DNA of 64,000 nt from Methylococcaceae bacterium TMED69 (GTDB taxonomy: Bacteria > Pseudomonadota > Gammaproteobacteria > Ga0077536), in the NCBI GenBank assembly GCA_002170535.1, contig NHDW01000004.1, forward strand, positions 395,673-459,672. Direction: 5' to 3'. This document shows, in pieces, positions 61,721-64,000 of the stretch (within the stretch, counting starts at the first letter, position 1; each line of letters begins with the position of its first letter). Position numbers and translations under genes: made by a program. The notes beneath the pieces are model-generated. The model was not told the DNA's origin and did no database searches. It was given only the letters and a program-made list of their open reading frames with translations.

Positions 61721-63330
61721 TGTCCTTACATCCTCGTGATTTTCAAACACGAATCGTAAATCGAGGTATAGAGCTCAGTTTTAGTTTGATTTTTTGCTAC
61801 TTATTTTTCTGTTTTTATTCCTACTTCACGAAAGCTGCCTTTCCACTGCATGACATTGACAGTGCAGGAATGGTTCAATTACTACAAAATGTTGCGAAGG
61901 GTAATGGGCTGGTCAGCTCAATTTTTTCCTCTATTTACGATTTACTCCCTCTTTTGCCAACAAATGTAGCCGATTTTGAAAACTCAACGTTTTCTTCGGT
62001 ACACTCAGAAACATCATTTTTTCAATGGCATGCATACTTAATAGCTTATCCCGTGGTAGTTCCCATAATAATGGGAGCAGAGGCAACTACTGTGGCGATC
62101 AGCGCAGTAGTTGCAAGTATGACATTTTCCATAGTGGCACCAGCTTATTGGGTAGCAAGAAAAAGTGATAACGCTCTGCTAGGAATTCTTTTTCTGATTT
62201 GCGCCTTCAATTGGGTGCCTTGGAATAACGCGCTATTTGGACAATTATACTTTGACAGGCTATTCCTTGGAACTCAGACTCTTCTTATTTTTACATCTTT
62301 TACCTTATTAATAAACCCTAACTCGCATAGAGCCATTTCGGGTTTGATGTGGTTAAGTGCAATTGCTGGCTGCTTAATTTCGGAACGTACTTCTCTTATG
62401 GTAGGCTGCTATTTTATCGGTCTTATTATTTTATATTGGGGGCCCTTGGTCAAAAACCGCGCACAATTATTTCAATTCGGTGTGCTTGCGGTTATTCCGC
62501 TAATGTGGGTGTTGTTTTACACCAATTTGTACTATGACAGTCCCTATGCTGCGACTACCAGCCTGACAGCTATCTTCCGTAATGTTACAAATTTTTTTGA
62601 TCCTTCAAGTAAATATTTCACCGACTCAGTAATGCTTTTTCTGACTGTGTTGCCTTTCAGTATTTTATCAATGTTCAACTTACGGTTTGGGCTATTATGC
62701 GTCTTGACCGTTATTCCAAACTTCTTAGTCTCGGTTGGCGGGGCTGAAAAAATTGGCTTTACAACGCATTATCATATGATGTACGTTCCTTTTCTGATAG
62801 CTGGCGGTGCTATTGGTCTGGTGTCAATAAACAAATGGATTACAAGAAGTGGACGAAGTAAATCAAAAAATTCAATCGTCATTATGGCTCTTTTACTTGT
62901 GTTCGTTTGGAATTTACTGTTAAGCAATAAATCTTGGTCTGGGGGGCAAGCGTTTGAAGCTGCTAATCCGTTTGTACCTGTCTCCACGCAGACGAAAAAC
63001 CTCGATGAAATTGCTGCGACGCTTAAAGATTTGGATGCAGCAGGAGCTTTAAAAATTTCGGCCCATTCATCCGCGATGCCAGCTCTTGTAAATTTAAAGA
63101 ACACGGTTTTTTTCGCCTTTCCGGTAGGTATTTATGATGTTGACTACTTGCTTGTCCAGTACATTGCCAAAGAGTCTGACTATAAGCCTGTTGTCGATAA
63201 CTATCTACCAAATGCGCTAGAGGGAAAAACTCAATTCATCGAGAAAATTATAGGAAAAGATTTTGATCTTCTCCAAACCCAAAGTTCCAAACCCAAACAT
63301 TACCAATATCGCCTTTACCAAAGAAGATAA
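61717..63330 (+). CDS. Polytopic membrane protein (GT-C/DUF2079-like) with a C-terminal soluble domain
   Basis: 537 aa. Roughly 11 hydrophobic helices are followed by a soluble tail of about 140 aa. The start overlaps the upstream stop. Confidence 0.7.
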   Translation: MMSLHPRDFQTRIVNRGIELSFSLIFCYLFFCFYSYFTKAAFPLHDIDSAGMVQLLQNVAKGNGLVSSIFSSIYDLLPLLPTNVADFENSTFSSVHSETSFFQWHAYLIAYPVVVPIIMGAEATTVAISAVVASMTFSIVAPAYWVARKSDNALLGILFLICAFNWVPWNNALFGQLYFDRLFLGTQTLLIFTSFTLLINPNSHRAISGLMWLSAIAGCLISERTSLMVGCYFIGLIILYWGPLVKNRAQLFQFGVLAVIPLMWVLFYTNLYYDSPYAATTSLTAIFRNVTNFFDPSSKYFTDSVMLFLTVLPFSILSMFNLRFGLLCVLTVIPNFLVSVGGAEKIGFTTHYHMMYVPFLIAGGAIGLVSINKWITRSGRSKSKNSIVIMALLLVFVWNLLLSNKSWSGGQAFEAANPFVPVSTQTKNLDEIAATLKDLDAAGALKISAHSSAMPALVNLKNTVFFAFPVGIYDVDYLLVQYIAKESDYKPVVDNYLPNALEGKTQFIEKIIGKDFDLLQTQSSKPKHYQYRLYQRR

Positions 63331-63335
63331 AATAG

Positions 63336-64000
63336 ATGAAAATCAAACAAAAAATCGGCATCATTTGTCCAGTTTACAATGAGGCTGAGAACATCGAAAT
63401 ATTCTTTAATGAGTTCACGAACATCTTCAAAAAAAACGAAACAGGATTTGAGCACGAATTTTTATTTTTGGACAATGACAGCGAAGACGATTCATTTCAA
63501 ATCATGCGACGTTTAGTAGAAGAAAATGAAAATGTCTTTGCGCTAAGATATACGTCAAACTTCGGAGTTATGAAATCAATCTACACAGGTATTCTCAATG
63601 CTCCGGCTGACTGGGCTGCGTTAGCAGTATTTGATTGCGACTTACAAGATCCGCCCGAGCTTGTTTTAAATTTATTGAGCGAATGGCGAAATGGTACTAA
63701 GATTGTATTTGGTAGCCGAGCCAAACGGCAAGAAGGATTTCTTTATAAAGTATTAAGAAAAGCTTATAAGCGAATCGAAACAGCGATGGTTGGGCGCGCT
63801 CGAAAAGTTGAGTCCGGTGCCTGGTTGATCGACCGCCGGGTTATTGATGAAATCATAGACCGTGATTATTTTTATCCCTATCTGGCTGGCATGATTGAAG
63901 ACCTAGGATTTAAGACAAAAGGTATTGTTTATAATCGTCGCGCTCGCTTACGGGGTGGTACAAAATTTAATCTAGTGCGCTATTTTAAATATGCGATTGA
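63336..64000 (+). CDS. GT2 polyprenyl-phosphate glycosyltransferase-like protein (3' end outside the window)
   Basis: This ORF is not in the ORF track because it runs off the window. My own translation gives MKIKQKIGIICPVYNEAENIE...FLDNDSEDDS...FDCDLQDPPE, the DxDLQDPPE signature of GtrB/ArnC/DPM1-type enzymes. Confidence 0.85.
   Translation, partial: MKIKQKIGIICPVYNEAENIEIFFNEFTNIFKKNETGFEHEFLFLDNDSEDDSFQIMRRLVEENENVFALRYTSNFGVMKSIYTGILNAPADWAALAVFDCDLQDPPELVLNLLSEWRNGTKIVFGSRAKRQEGFLYKVLRKAYKRIETAMVGRARKVESGAWLIDRRVIDEIIDRDYFYPYLAGMIEDLGFKTKGIVYNRRARLRGGTKFNLVRYFKYAI

Overview
This is a 64-kb chromosomal window from a low-GC, very tightly packed genome. Its synteny looks gammaproteobacterial: rpsD-rpoA-rplQ; gatCAB divergent from mreBCD; mrdA-rodA-mltB-rlpA-dacA ... 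lipB-lipA; xseA divergent from guaBA; pncC-recA-recX-alaS-lysC-tRNA-Ser(GCU). Positions 1-40 kb are mostly housekeeping genes with short or overlapping junctions. They are interrupted by three unusually long AT-rich gene-poor stretches around a TPP-enzyme/aldehyde-dehydrogenase pair, and by a few orphan genes: a DegT-family enzyme with His in place of the PLP lysine, a small HNH protein, a methyltransferase-like protein and a Cys-motif protein of unknown family. Directly after tRNA-Ser(GCU) (39926-40017) the composition becomes visibly GC-richer. From there an uninterrupted same-strand glycan-synthesis locus of more than 24 kb runs to the window end. It contains rfbBDAC, wzm-wzt (Wzt has a C-terminal extension), a two-domain sulfotransferase, an epimerase, a Zn-ribbon C-methyltransferase-like gene and a GT17-like/methyltransferase fusion. 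It also contains a 1314-aa MTase-GT4-GT2-MTase enzyme, two sets of polyprenyl-phosphate-type GT2 plus large polytopic membrane proteins (one set with GtrA), and a CDP-hexose branch (rfbF-rfbG-reductase) with no rfbH. I recognised no rRNA, CRISPR array, transposase or integrase. The most novel-looking candidate is this ABC-transporter-dependent glycan system, which appears heavily methylated, probably sulfated, and built around a fused polymerase/terminator-type enzyme. All family assignments come from reading motifs in the translations; no database search was possible.
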